This document shows, in pieces, positions 25,739 through 36,191 of a DNA stretch of 64,000 nt (position 1 is its first letter; the number at the start of each line of letters is the position of its first letter). The stretch lies in IMG/VR virus record IMGVR_UViG_3300037087_000760, positions 1 through 64,000 of that record, one strand, 5' to 3'. The position numbers and the translations under genes are program-made. The notes below the pieces were generated by a model. That model was not told the DNA's origin, did not search any database, and saw nothing but the letters and a program-made list of their open reading frames with translations.

Positions 25739-26294
25739 AATATATTTCTTTCATATAACTCAACTCTTCCTCAGTAAAGGTAGGTTCTTCTCCATTCCTT
25801 GTATTTATAGTGTTCTTATAGATTGAGAATGATTTTTCTCTGTGATATTCTATATTTTCAAAGAATTCCGTAACACCAGAATCATCTACCTTTAAGAAAT
25901 CAAGTAAAACATGAATCCAATATTCACTCAAATCCTCATAATAAAGAAGAAGTTTTTCACCTTCAAAATTATCGAAGAACTTAACAAGATTCCACCACTT
26001 TACAAATTCTGGTTCAAATTTTTCCCATTTACAATCCATCGAGTTCCAGATACATTCTTTATAATCCCTCAACAAGAAAACCACTTTATCTGAATCTTTA
26101 ATTTCATTTGGAATGATTTCATGCCTTTTTATGATAATAGGTTCAGTTGAAAGAAGTGAAATATTCGATTTTTGACCCATGCGCTCACTTATAGAGAACT
26201 TTTCGTGACCCCAAGTGGGTTGGTGTGTCAAATACTCTAAAATGTATCTCACCCAAGTATTTCCACTTCTATTATAACTAACGAGATAATTCAT
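25716..26294 (-). CDS. Sulfotransferase family protein
   Basis: LVSYNRSGNTWVRYIL (5'-PSB), LLRDYKECIWNS (3'-PB), LLLYYEDL. Confidence 0.75.
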   Translation of the reverse strand: MNYLVSYNRSGNTWVRYILEYLTHQPTWGHEKFSISERMGQKSNISLLSTEPIIIKRHEIIPNEIKDSDKVVFLLRDYKECIWNSMDCKWEKFEPEFVKWWNLVKFFDNFEGEKLLLYYEDLSEYWIHVLLDFLKVDDSGVTEFFENIEYHREKSFSIYKNTINTRNGEEPTFTEEELSYMKEIYFIFLSVH

Positions 26295-26487
26295 TTGTTT
26301 TTTGGTGATTCAAATAAGAATTCACAATATAACTACCAAGAAAAACCCATGATATACTGGATAATATATCCCAAATGGCGATATAAGGACCATATTTCTG
26401 AATGTCTAATACAAGGGCTAAGATTATACTAATAATCGCAATCCCCGATATTCCAAATATGATAACTTTCAATTTCAAATTGTTCAT
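26278..26487 (-). CDS. Small two-TM membrane protein
   Basis: Two hydrophobic helices. Confidence 0.6.
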   Translation of the reverse strand: MNNLKLKVIIFGISGIAIISIILALVLDIQKYGPYIAIWDILSSISWVFLGSYIVNSYLNHQKTNELSR

Positions 26488-26607
26488 CTCTTTTTATTTA
26501 ATATTATGAAAAATAGATAAGAGTTGTTGTTACTATAAAGAATATCAATGCCACCCAATATCCCGTAGGACTTCCCAAATATTCCGATTTGATTTTTATT
26601 TTCATTC

Positions 26608-27240
26608 TCATTGAATTGTGGTACATTGACCAGTTTTATAATCTATTTGGTATACAACATTTTTTCCATCAACATGACCCTCAACAAAAATGTAAGAATC
26701 TGAATGGATTGAGGATGAATTAATATAAGAATTTGATGAATATTTACCATCCAGAATAACTTCACCAGTTTTCAGATTGTAGTATGTACCACCCATTGTG
26801 GCAATAACACCCTTATTGAGATATAAAGAATCCAACATATTTTCGGCCTTTAAACAGACTTTACCTGTTTCATCCACAATAACATGAGTACCGAAATCAT
26901 AACCCTCTGCACTTTTTTTATCTGGTTTGTAAAGTATCAGGCTACAATATCCATCTCTGTATCCCGAACACATTCCACCTTCTCTGAAAATTTCTTTACT
27001 GATAGGTATTCCATCTTTACACAATATACCATAATTACCAACTTTACCACGAGGGGTTGGAGTTTCGAGATATTTAAGACTGAAACCATTTTTGAGGTCT
27101 CTTGAAATTGTCGATTCTTTATCTTCCGAAAGATTCGATCCGAAGAAATTTCCCAAAAAATTGAAATCTCCGAAATTTGCTCTCATGAAACTATGGAAAA
27201 TTTCATTCACATCAACAATGTTATCGTTTTTCTTTTTCAT
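26608..27240 (-). CDS. Hypothetical protein
   Basis: 210 aa. Confidence 0.65.
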   Translation of the reverse strand: MKKKNDNIVDVNEIFHSFMRANFGDFNFLGNFFGSNLSEDKESTISRDLKNGFSLKYLETPTPRGKVGNYGILCKDGIPISKEIFREGGMCSGYRDGYCSLILYKPDKKSAEGYDFGTHVIVDETGKVCLKAENMLDSLYLNKGVIATMGGTYYNLKTGEVILDGKYSSNSYINSSSIHSDSYIFVEGHVDGKNVVYQIDYKTGQCTTIQ

Positions 27241-27246
27241 AATATG

Positions 27247-27531
27247 TTAATTAAAGATTTCAGCATCGAACCAAGAATCGAATCCCTCGATTTTGATTTG
27301 ATAAAAACAAAATATATTTACATCGCCAACTTCCGAAATTTTTAAAGGAGTTTCAGTTGGTAAACATTTTTCTTCCTTGAAATGAGTTGGTTTATAATCC
27401 TTTGGAAGAATTACGGCATCACCAACCTTAAAGGTCTTGAATTCATCCCTTTCTTTTTTCAAGGAATTGAAATAATCAGACGGATTATCAAATCCATGTG
27501 ATTTTGCTATTTCTCCAATTGTTGTTGTCAT
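27247..27531 (-). CDS. Hypothetical protein (SH3-like tail)
   Basis: FKVGDAV... Confidence 0.55.
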   Translation of the reverse strand: MTTTIGEIAKSHGFDNPSDYFNSLKKERDEFKTFKVGDAVILPKDYKPTHFKEEKCLPTETPLKISEVGDVNIFCFYQIKIEGFDSWFDAEIFN

Positions 27532-27537
27532 ATAATA

Positions 27538-28524
27538 TTATTTATGTAAGTCCCTGTATTTGTTGTTATAAGAAATACAAACGTCAAGGCAGTTTCCTCT
27601 ACAAATTGGATCTTCAAAACAGTTATGTTCATCGAACCATTTCTTTCTATCTGATCTCATATTTTCAGAAACCTCTCCAATTGGTTGACCATATTCTCTC
27701 ATATAAATAACACAAGGAAAATGGAAATTTCCGGCTATAACAGAATCATCCAAAACCAATGCACATTTCGATGAATCAGTTTCAGACATGCCTCTTACAT
27801 TGATTCCGTTCCTGAAATGATTTACCCTGTATTTAAGGATCGGGTACTTATTCAATAATTCTTCAGGTACTTGACCAAGAGCTTCAATCGGTTCATTCCA
27901 TTGGGCTGCCGAAATAATACGAATATCGGATACCCCCCTTGAATCAGCAAACTTGATTGTATCAATAGTTTTCTGAACATTATCGGGTGTTAAAACAACA
28001 CCAACTGTAACATAAGTGAGTTTGGAAATATGTTTGATATTTTCAACGACTTTTTCAAATGAACCAATAACCCCACCAGACATTTTTTCTCCATCATCAG
28101 CACAACAGGCATCCAATGAAATTGAGAAGTCATTAACTCCAGCCTCAATCAATTCATCGTATAGTGTAGTTCTGTTAGAACCATTGGTAGAAATGGCAAT
28201 TCTTTTAATACCCTTTGACTTAGCGTACTTTACGATTTCAATAATATCGGGATGTAATGTAGGTTCACCACCAGAAAAACGAATGTTCTCCAGAGGTAAG
28301 GGTTCACACCACAAATCGATGTTTCTTTTAATTTCTTCCAGAGAAAGCATTTTGAATTTACGATCACCGTAGATCCAAGCTTTCAAACCACGACAGTAAG
28401 GACATTTGAAATTACAATATTCAGTGATAATCATCTCACATCTTTTCATTTGAGATGAATCAGACGAATTTTTGGCTCTTTCGTCAGAAAGGGAATAGAA
28501 ACCTATATTCTTTAAATCAGTCAT
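27538..28524 (-). CDS. Radical SAM protein
   Basis: CNFKCPYC, FSGGEPTL, ISTNGS, C-terminal Cys cluster. Confidence 0.9.
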   Translation of the reverse strand: MTDLKNIGFYSLSDERAKNSSDSSQMKRCEMIITEYCNFKCPYCRGLKAWIYGDRKFKMLSLEEIKRNIDLWCEPLPLENIRFSGGEPTLHPDIIEIVKYAKSKGIKRIAISTNGSNRTTLYDELIEAGVNDFSISLDACCADDGEKMSGGVIGSFEKVVENIKHISKLTYVTVGVVLTPDNVQKTIDTIKFADSRGVSDIRIISAAQWNEPIEALGQVPEELLNKYPILKYRVNHFRNGINVRGMSETDSSKCALVLDDSVIAGNFHFPCVIYMREYGQPIGEVSENMRSDRKKWFDEHNCFEDPICRGNCLDVCISYNNKYRDLHK

Positions 28525-28577
28525 AGGATTTTAATAATTAGAGTGTAAAATTACTAAAATTCTATGACATAAAAAAA

Positions 28578-30581
28578 TTAAAGATTAACTTTCTTATTTT
28601 GAATGCTATTTTTTGATACAACCCTGACGATATAAGTACCATTAACTACATTGGTAGGAATGGTATTATTTTCATCATATATCTTCAAATGTTGAATTTC
28701 TTTACCCAATACATCATAAATATAAACATCAGATTCACCTTTATTATTAGTGATATAAACATTCTTATCATAAGAATAGATGTTTAATGATGTACTTACG
28801 ATATTATCGTTCACACCCGAAAGAGTACTTCCGAAATGTACCAGAAAACGATTGGGAATATCTGAAGTATCAGCCGTGAAAGTATATATTGGTTGTGTTT
28901 TTAAATTGATAATTTTATTCAATTTTGTATCTTCTAAAGTTACTTCATTTGAAAATGATAATTGAGTAGCTGTTAAAATATAACTTCCAGAAACCCCGAC
29001 AACCAAACCAACCTTTACGGTGGTGGCGTCCGATTCTGGAAATGTGTTTATACATTCCATTTCATTATCTTTTAATGAATAAATCTGAGGAATATTGGAA
29101 CTACCCATCCATTTTTCGACCATCCAATAATTAGGATTTCCTATCACATCATTATTGAATTTTATAACTGTTTCATCTGATGCATTGTTTCCTTCAACTT
29201 TTAATCGAAGAGAATTCGGAGTTGCCACCGTAATTTCCTTATAAAAAGGTCTGGAATTGTGCCTTCTACAATTATTATTGAATTGAATATATCCATTCGT
29301 ATATGGTTGATCAACCTTAACAAAGAATCCTTGCATCGGGGCTATGAACCTTGAACCACCATTTGTACTATCAGAATTATATCCATTTAACTTACCGATA
29401 TAAACCTTATAATAATAATTACCATTAACATCATAATCTAAAACCCAGCAATGAGGTAACATATTGGAAACATATATTTCTTGAGATTCCCAATTAATAG
29501 CACTCGGATATGGATTACCAATTAAATTATAACCACCACCAGTATTTGGGGTTCTTGTTAAATTTACTTGAATTTGTCCATTATTCAATCCCTGAGTGGT
29601 ATAGAAGGTATCAACTTTTGTAATACTATTACCGTTTCCATCAGATGACCAAACTTCATATCCCCTTCCAAGTGGTAATGGAATGTTAGTTGGAACAATA
29701 TATTGACTCCAAACACCAGCTACTTCGTCATAGTATCGTAAATAATCATGAAGAAAGGTATTGGAGACGGCATTTGGAATAGGTGATGTAATATAATGCC
29801 ATTGACCACCTTTAATATATTGTTCTACTTTAGTTGTTCCATTTAAAGTTATCTTATTGTCATTTACTGTTGTGTCAGATAAGATTGATGCGGTATTCGT
29901 TGAATTAGATTCCAAGGTCAAATTATATCCATCGAAAGTACCCATAATGGTTGTTCTTGTAATCGGAGCCAATTTAAAATTAACCTTTTGACTATTGGTA
30001 TTGGTAAGTAGATTTATTTTATTATCCACAGTTAAACCAATGGTTGTAATATATAGTGTTGTGGAAGATGATACTGATTGTAGAATTACACTTTTATCAT
30101 TACCATTACCTGTTTTTTGAATGTATAACGAACCAATGATCTGATTCGGTACATTGGTAATAGTAATATTACTATTCGTACTGATTACCAACTGATCATT
30201 ATTCTGTGGTGTATTACGAGTTGGATTCCAATTTGAACCCGTTTGCCAATTACCATTATTAGAACCGATCCATGTATATGTGGTTTGACTAAATCCAACA
30301 TTACACATCATCATAAAAAGAATCAAATAAAATGTTTTTTTCATAAAATTTGGATTTTTTCTGTTTTTTATTTCTTCATAGATTTTATATGCACCATAGG
30401 TTACACCCAATACAATGAGTATTACAACTCCATCATCTATTGGTGCACCAACTGGTGTTCCACCACCCGGAATCGGATTTCCACCGGGATCTGGGGGATT
30501 GGGTTGATCAGCTAATGAGGTAATACAAATACCGATAGTAAACAAAATCAGCAATACAAAGTTTTTCAGTTTATTTTTCAT
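28578..30581 (-). CDS. PID-CTERM-type peptide fused in frame to a T9SS type A sorting-domain secreted protein
   Basis: GAPIDDGVVILIVLGVTYG; second signal peptide from 30344; C-terminal VYIYDVLGKEI...GTYIVRV; TACCTTTG promoter at 30610-30617. Confidence 0.8.
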   Translation of the reverse strand: MKNKLKNFVLLILFTIGICITSLADQPNPPDPGGNPIPGGGTPVGAPIDDGVVILIVLGVTYGAYKIYEEIKNRKNPNFMKKTFYLILFMMMCNVGFSQTTYTWIGSNNGNWQTGSNWNPTRNTPQNNDQLVISTNSNITITNVPNQIIGSLYIQKTGNGNDKSVILQSVSSSTTLYITTIGLTVDNKINLLTNTNSQKVNFKLAPITRTTIMGTFDGYNLTLESNSTNTASILSDTTVNDNKITLNGTTKVEQYIKGGQWHYITSPIPNAVSNTFLHDYLRYYDEVAGVWSQYIVPTNIPLPLGRGYEVWSSDGNGNSITKVDTFYTTQGLNNGQIQVNLTRTPNTGGGYNLIGNPYPSAINWESQEIYVSNMLPHCWVLDYDVNGNYYYKVYIGKLNGYNSDSTNGGSRFIAPMQGFFVKVDQPYTNGYIQFNNNCRRHNSRPFYKEITVATPNSLRLKVEGNNASDETVIKFNNDVIGNPNYWMVEKWMGSSNIPQIYSLKDNEMECINTFPESDATTVKVGLVVGVSGSYILTATQLSFSNEVTLEDTKLNKIINLKTQPIYTFTADTSDIPNRFLVHFGSTLSGVNDNIVSTSLNIYSYDKNVYITNNKGESDVYIYDVLGKEIQHLKIYDENNTIPTNVVNGTYIVRVVSKNSIQNKKVNL

Positions 30582-30717
30582 ATAATTTTTTAGTTATTTA
30601 GAATTTCAACAAAGGTATGTAATATTATTGAGATAAAAAAATTTCAATAACAATCAGTATAATAATAAATTAGGTGGAAAAATTATTTAGATGGGTAAAA
30701 AAATTATTTAGAAATGA

Positions 30718-31038
30718 TTATAAACAATTACATTTTTTACGAGTATTTTCGTAAACCCAAGTTCCACACTTACGGCAACGATACCCAGCATATCCAGAAC
30801 TTCTTTCAAAGATCCAATCACCCGTTGATTGTTTTTCATTCGTGGCGATCCAAGACATATAGTTAGTGGTTAATACTTCACCAGAGTTCTTATCAAAAAG
30901 AACAATCTCTTTTCCTATATTCCAGAATATACATAAACAAAGAGAACCATCCTCAAAGAGAATTTGAGTCATCGTTGGTGTCGTTTCGTATCTACCTCTG
31001 TTATCATAGAAGTAAACAGGCTTTTTCGTGTCAATCAT
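30718..31038 (-). CDS. Hypothetical protein with C-terminal Zn-ribbon
   Basis: CRKC...CNC. Confidence 0.6.
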   Translation of the reverse strand: MIDTKKPVYFYDNRGRYETTPTMTQILFEDGSLCLCIFWNIGKEIVLFDKNSGEVLTTNYMSWIATNEKQSTGDWIFERSSGYAGYRCRKCGTWVYENTRKKCNCL

Positions 31039-31214
31039 ATTTTTTTTATTTAGATTTTTTCCATCTACCTTGTCCTACTCTTTTGTGATAATCGTCCAAT
31101 GCTTTTGATTCAGCGATTAACCTTTCAGATAATGAAAGAGTAATTGGATATTTGGTTATTCCTTTATGTGGTCTTTTACCACCCATTAAATTTCTGTTGT
31201 AGTCCATAATGATT

Positions 31215-31403
31215 TTATTTTATTGATTGAAACTCAGTTGCTACTTCGAAAATGATTTCTTCTTCGGGGGAATCACCTTTATCGGTCATAACACCGAAAT
31301 GATCAGCACAGGATTCACCAAGTAAAGTCATATTCACTTCACCATTACCATCAATACAATCCTGAACATTTTCAGACATCCATTTTCTATACTGATTTTT
31401 CAT
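31215..31403 (-). CDS. Hypothetical protein
   Basis: TAATTTTG promoter at 31426-31433. Confidence 0.6.
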   Translation of the reverse strand: MKNQYRKWMSENVQDCIDGNGEVNMTLLGESCADHFGVMTDKGDSPEEEIIFEVATEFQSIK

Positions 31404-31462
31404 AGCTTATTTTGAATATAGACCACAAAATTACAATAAATTAGCTTGATAAAAAAATAAAA

Positions 31463-31509
31463 TGTCATACTCTGTCAATATTTTTTTCAAAAAATGTCAT
31501 TTTTTGTCA
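31463..31509. promoter_or_regulatory. Four direct TGTCA repeats, putative operator
   Basis: At 31463, 31473, 31495 and 31505, between divergent promoters and upstream of an RHH-domain gene. Confidence 0.5.
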
Positions 31510-31552
31510 TTTTGACCCGAAGTGTTTGAATATATAAGAATAAAAATGATTT

Positions 31553-32815
31553 ATGAAAACAACAAAAACATATTCAATTGATGAAGATATATACAAATCT
31601 TTTGAAAAACTAACAGAGAGATTAAACAAGAATAAAAGTTCTATCATCGAAAATTCAATTATTGAATTTCTTAAAGAAAATGGAGTTTCAAATTATAGTA
31701 CATATTCTTTAATAACTAATCCTAATTATGAAGTTACGATTGAAAACCAAGATGAAACTTTTACATTTTTGAGTGATGGTAGTAAGATATTGAATTCAGT
31801 ATTCGAACAATCTTTTAAGAAAGTAGAAAAAATGAATTTATCAGATCCCCCATCTATACTCATACTTCCACCATTGGTTATTAAATTATATATCAAAGAT
31901 TATGATAAAAAAATATCGTTTATAAATACTATCAATAAATATAAAGATGGTGAAAAATATTCCTTGATTGGTAAAAAATTCAGATCTATTATAAATAATA
32001 AAATTTTCAAGGTAATGGAAGATGGAAAGAAGCATGTTTCCGTTGTTGAAATTATAGAGGGTATAGATTCCGAAAAACTCAAAGTAAATGATCCATATTT
32101 GAATATAAAGAAAGATTTGTTTTTTACTTCTTTTAAAATGATGGAAGAACAAGTTCATATGGGTGTTGGTGATTATGCCTTTGAATATTTGGGTACATCC
32201 AGAATAGACGGGGCTCCGATTTTCAAAGTAGGAGGTGGTCTTTTTCATGAATTCTTTTCCGATGATTTTGATAAATTCAAAAAATACATAAGGGAAAGAG
32301 AATATGTTACCATTTATTCTATAAACAATACAGGGAGTGATAAGGTATTTTTAATTGTTGATGAAATTGAAAAACTACCAATGTTAGAAGATTTAATACC
32401 GAGATTTGATTCAGAGAAATATAATGAAGTAGAGAAAAGTAAAGAAGAAAGAAAAATATTACAAAAGGCCATTGAAGAATCCTTGGGATCTGGTATCGAG
32501 GCAACTATGGCCAAAGATGATGCGGGAAATGATACGATGAATAATATGAAATCATCATATGAAGTCATATTGGATAATATATTATTTACTAATCAATCTG
32601 AAGATAAAACAAATAAATTTATACAGTTAATGAAAGAATGTTTATATGATATTCGTAAAGGTGATTTTATAAATGAATTTGAAACATCCAATCAAATTGT
32701 AAAATTTATTAAAAGTTTGGGAGTAATAGAAACATTAGATCCAAATAGTGAAATTTCTAAAGTTAAATATCAACTATTAAGAGAAATCATAAAAATACAT
32801 AATCAAAAATACTAA
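31553..32815 (+). CDS. Protein with N-terminal ribbon-helix-helix domain
   Basis: KTYSIDEDIYKSFEKLTERLNKNKSSIIENSIIEFL. Confidence 0.65.
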   Translation: MKTTKTYSIDEDIYKSFEKLTERLNKNKSSIIENSIIEFLKENGVSNYSTYSLITNPNYEVTIENQDETFTFLSDGSKILNSVFEQSFKKVEKMNLSDPPSILILPPLVIKLYIKDYDKKISFINTINKYKDGEKYSLIGKKFRSIINNKIFKVMEDGKKHVSVVEIIEGIDSEKLKVNDPYLNIKKDLFFTSFKMMEEQVHMGVGDYAFEYLGTSRIDGAPIFKVGGGLFHEFFSDDFDKFKKYIREREYVTIYSINNTGSDKVFLIVDEIEKLPMLEDLIPRFDSEKYNEVEKSKEERKILQKAIEESLGSGIEATMAKDDAGNDTMNNMKSSYEVILDNILFTNQSEDKTNKFIQLMKECLYDIRKGDFINEFETSNQIVKFIKSLGVIETLDPNSEISKVKYQLLREIIKIHNQKY

Positions 32816-32816
32816 C

Positions 32817-33782
32817 ATGAAAAATATAAACATAACAGACTTCGAGAATGTACTATTTGATATTTTTCCAGCAAGCAGAGAAAAATATGAAATTATGTAT
32901 AATGATTTTAGATATGATGAATATGGTATGGAAGTAAAAACTGATGACATACCTGAAAATGTCATAATTAAAATAAGTAATCCAAATGATAAAACATATC
33001 CGAATGTATATGGACCTGCCGGTTGGACTAAGGTAGGTGATATGAAACCTTTGATTATCGATAAAAAAACATTGAATATCAATAATGGTAGATTCGATGA
33101 CCAAATAATAAGAACCCTGTTGTTGGAAGCCATTGAAATGTATTTTTTCAAAAAGGCAGAAGAATTGGGTGAATTAAATAGGATATGTAAACATGCACCA
33201 TCAACAGAAAAATTCGATTTGAACATACCAGAATTTAAAAAGAAAGATTTGGTTATCAAAGAAATGGACGAAAATCGTGTAGTACTGAAAAGATGGAATG
33301 AAAGTGAATCTATATCCAGAAGAATATTACCTCAGATGATAAGGTGTGGAAGTTGGATAGCGACAAACGGTAGAATTGGACCGGGGAATTATCTGATTAT
33401 GAATAAGAGTACACATAATTATTTAGAACCATATTTCGAAAAATTAAATGGTGGATATTATAAGAAAGAACAGTTTGAAGAATATTACAAATCCTGTAAA
33501 TACACTCAAGATGTATTACCTGAATCGAAAAATCTTGTCGCTAAATTATCCAGTTTTAATATAATTGTGGATGATAGAGTTCCAGATGATAAAATAATAG
33601 AGGGTAGGAAAAATGGTCAGTATAAAATAGGAATAAATGCCGTTATATGGTGTAATGATGATGGTGATGTTTTTTATGAAGATAGAGAGAATGAGATTGA
33701 ATTGAGATATAATGTAGTTGATGTTGGATTTTTTCCTTGGAATCAGTTTTACACGATTCATTTAACCAGAGAGGAAAATTAA
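32817..33782 (+). CDS. Truncated major-capsid (gp23/gp24)-like paralog
   Basis: IATNGRIGPGNYLIMN, FNIIVDD, ELRYNVVDVGFFP resemble the gp23 C-terminal half. Confidence 0.55.
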   Translation: MKNINITDFENVLFDIFPASREKYEIMYNDFRYDEYGMEVKTDDIPENVIIKISNPNDKTYPNVYGPAGWTKVGDMKPLIIDKKTLNINNGRFDDQIIRTLLLEAIEMYFFKKAEELGELNRICKHAPSTEKFDLNIPEFKKKDLVIKEMDENRVVLKRWNESESISRRILPQMIRCGSWIATNGRIGPGNYLIMNKSTHNYLEPYFEKLNGGYYKKEQFEEYYKSCKYTQDVLPESKNLVAKLSSFNIIVDDRVPDDKIIEGRKNGQYKIGINAVIWCNDDGDVFYEDRENEIELRYNVVDVGFFPWNQFYTIHLTREEN

Positions 33783-33793
33783 TATATAGAGTC

Positions 33794-34324
33794 ATGATTA
33801 AGACATTTGAAAAATTCAATTTATTGAAAGATGTAATGAATAAGTTCAATAAACTTGCTCATGTTACTCGACTATCATTAAATAGAGAGATGGAAAGAGA
33901 TTATCATCAATTGGTTCGTAAATTCAATATCCCTGATGTCGCTGTTATAAATAAAATGGCACCGACAACAGTATCAGAATTGGAAAAGGAATTAGATACA
34001 ATAATTGTAAAATATCCACAATTAACTGAAAGTGTGGAAATTAAGGATGATAAAATAGGAAAGGAATTTTGGTTCGAATATCATTGTAACGAGGGTGAAG
34101 ATAGTCCAGATTATCCAATGTATCTTCATTCACATCAGAAATGTACCATACTTTCGATATCTGAACCGGGAATTGGAGAAACTGATATCGAAAGATATGA
34201 AAACGCTGCCCAAAGATTATATAAGGTAAGATTCAGTGATGGTTTCGAATGGGATGCATTTGAGGATGAAATACTGGATTCAGAAGAAGAATATCAAAGA
34301 CCAGATCCACCAAAAAAGAAATGA
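33794..34324 (+). CDS. Putative internal head protein (CTS-like)
   Basis: MIKTFEKF; late motif at 33779-33788. Confidence 0.65.
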   Translation: MIKTFEKFNLLKDVMNKFNKLAHVTRLSLNREMERDYHQLVRKFNIPDVAVINKMAPTTVSELEKELDTIIVKYPQLTESVEIKDDKIGKEFWFEYHCNEGEDSPDYPMYLHSHQKCTILSISEPGIGETDIERYENAAQRLYKVRFSDGFEWDAFEDEILDSEEEYQRPDPPKKK

Positions 34325-34328
34325 CACA

Positions 34329-34700
34329 ATGAAACATCTAAAATTATTTGAAGAATATAAAACAAAAATAGGTTTCATATGTACAACATTTGTATCATCA
34401 GAAATTGATGTGGTAATACCAAAGAAAAAAGCCGATGGATATTTAAAATCAGCCTTTGGAGGGATAAACAATACTAATGATCGATGTAGAGAATTTCTAA
34501 ACTTATCCCCCGATTATATAGCTGATGTTTTTGATACTGAAGGATACTTATCAATATCAATTAAATCAAGATATTGGTCTGAAAGGAAAGAAAAAATTAC
34601 AGAGGAAATAAAGAATATACTACTCAAGATTTTTCCTTATGTTACAGACTTCAAAGAAATTGGAAGAGATGAATTTTATGAAATAATAATGAATAGATGA
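34329..34700 (+). CDS. Putative internal head protein (CTS-like)
   Basis: MKHLKLFEEY. Confidence 0.65.
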   Translation: MKHLKLFEEYKTKIGFICTTFVSSEIDVVIPKKKADGYLKSAFGGINNTNDRCREFLNLSPDYIADVFDTEGYLSISIKSRYWSERKEKITEEIKNILLKIFPYVTDFKEIGRDEFYEIIMNR

Positions 34701-35251
34701 AAACAGTAAAAGAATGTTTAAGAACATTATCAGAAAAAAATATTGACACGAATATCAACAGAACTATTAAAATCTTGTGTGAACAACTTGATGATGATCA
34801 ACTGGAATATAAATTAACGAATGGAGTGAAACTGGACAATCAAATGATTAATCTATATTTTCTAAAAAATGTGGGATTCAAATGTGATAATATTTGGGTA
34901 GAAAAATATGGACACCTACCGATCTGTAATTTTATTGAAAAGACATTAAATCAAACATACAAATCAGAGAATAAACCAAAAAGAACTGAATTTCCTTTCA
35001 TTTTCAATGGTACTTTATATCGTATACCGACAAATAAAGAACTACAAGAATTTGAACGATATCCAGATCTCACTCCTCAACAAGTTTTGGATGAATTCAA
35101 ATATATATGTATTGGAAAGGGAATTCTGAACCTTGAAATTAAAAATCAAATTTGTGATTGTATTCAGAAATTAATTGGTTTATATCCAGATGATTTGAGA
35201 TACAAAGAGTCTTTTTTATTGGCCAAAGGATTGACAGGTGGAAGATTATAA
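34697..35251 (+). CDS. Hypothetical protein
   Basis: ATGA overlap, 184 aa. Confidence 0.65.
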   Translation: MKTVKECLRTLSEKNIDTNINRTIKILCEQLDDDQLEYKLTNGVKLDNQMINLYFLKNVGFKCDNIWVEKYGHLPICNFIEKTLNQTYKSENKPKRTEFPFIFNGTLYRIPTNKELQEFERYPDLTPQQVLDEFKYICIGKGILNLEIKNQICDCIQKLIGLYPDDLRYKESFLLAKGLTGGRL

Positions 35252-35494
35252 TGATTTTAAAATCTCTACAATGATTTCTTTTTCAGAATCAGTCAAATCA
35301 CCATGAATTTGATTATATTGAACAGTTAAAAATCCCAGATCGTCTATATTTGCATACAGAGTGGAAATTTTTAATTTTTCATTGAGTTTATCTTCAAATT
35401 TTAACAACTGACTATCATTCAGTCGTTTTATCTTTTCACAAGAAAAACCTTTAAGTGAATCATCTATATCTGTTATTTTAATATTCTTTGGCAT
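35246..35494 (-). CDS. Hypothetical protein
   Basis: Operon-like overlap. Confidence 0.55.
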   Translation of the reverse strand: MPKNIKITDIDDSLKGFSCEKIKRLNDSQLLKFEDKLNEKLKISTLYANIDDLGFLTVQYNQIHGDLTDSEKEIIVEILKSL

Positions 35495-35660
35495 GATCTA
35501 CTTTTTTATCTCGTTTTCTGTCGTATTTCTTTTTGTTTTTATGAACCTTACTTTTCGGTCTGATACCACTTTCAATTTCCATCAAACGACTAGCTCTACG
35601 ATTAGCTTTTAACCTATCGTTCTTAGTGAATTTGATTTTTATGGTTTCACCCTTTTTCAT
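35478..35660 (-). CDS. Small basic protein, ArfA-like ribosome rescue candidate
   Basis: SKVHKNKKKYDRK resembles ArfA VEKNKKGKGSYxRK. Confidence 0.4.
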   Translation of the reverse strand: MKKGETIKIKFTKNDRLKANRRASRLMEIESGIRPKSKVHKNKKKYDRKRDKKVDHAKEY

Positions 35661-35953
35661 TATCTTATTGAGTATAAAATCATTTTCAAGAATTCCTCTG
35701 TTTCACAAACACCATGATAAACTTGTCTTGTTCCACCATCCTGAGAGATACCAACAAATGGAATTTTTCCATATGTGAAATTGACATAAATAATCACTCT
35801 TCCTTTTGGTTCAGGAAAGTTCTTATTGTAATCGGTATTATAATGTTTCGTGGCATCATTTGAATACTCCAAATAACCATCTTTATCCGAAACACAATCG
35901 AACCCTAATTTTTTCATATTTTCGGGTTCTAAAAAACTTTTTCTATTTTCCAT
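35660..35953 (-). CDS. Hypothetical protein
   Basis: 97 aa. Confidence 0.6.
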   Translation of the reverse strand: MENRKSFLEPENMKKLGFDCVSDKDGYLEYSNDATKHYNTDYNKNFPEPKGRVIIYVNFTYGKIPFVGISQDGGTRQVYHGVCETEEFLKMILYSIR

Positions 35954-36191
35954 TTTTATCTTCGACTTTTACGACTACATCACACCATTCAGCTACCCAA
36001 TCGATTACTTCATCACTACCCTCTCTTTTCACATAAACACGATTGTTATCCAAAAAACCGTATTCCACAACTTCTGCGAGTGGTTCTTCACCATGCTTAT
36101 AACCCGGCATGAATGATAATCGTACTGTATCACCAACTCTTACTCCGTAATATCTGCGGCGTTCTTCATTATCCCAAGTTCTGGTTTTCAT
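35943..36191 (-). CDS. Hypothetical SH3-like protein
   Basis: Start MKTRTW downstream of TACCTTTG at 36218-36225. Confidence 0.6.
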   Translation of the reverse strand: MKTRTWDNEERRRYYGVRVGDTVRLSFMPGYKHGEEPLAEVVEYGFLDNNRVYVKREGSDEVIDWVAEWCDVVVKVEDKNGK

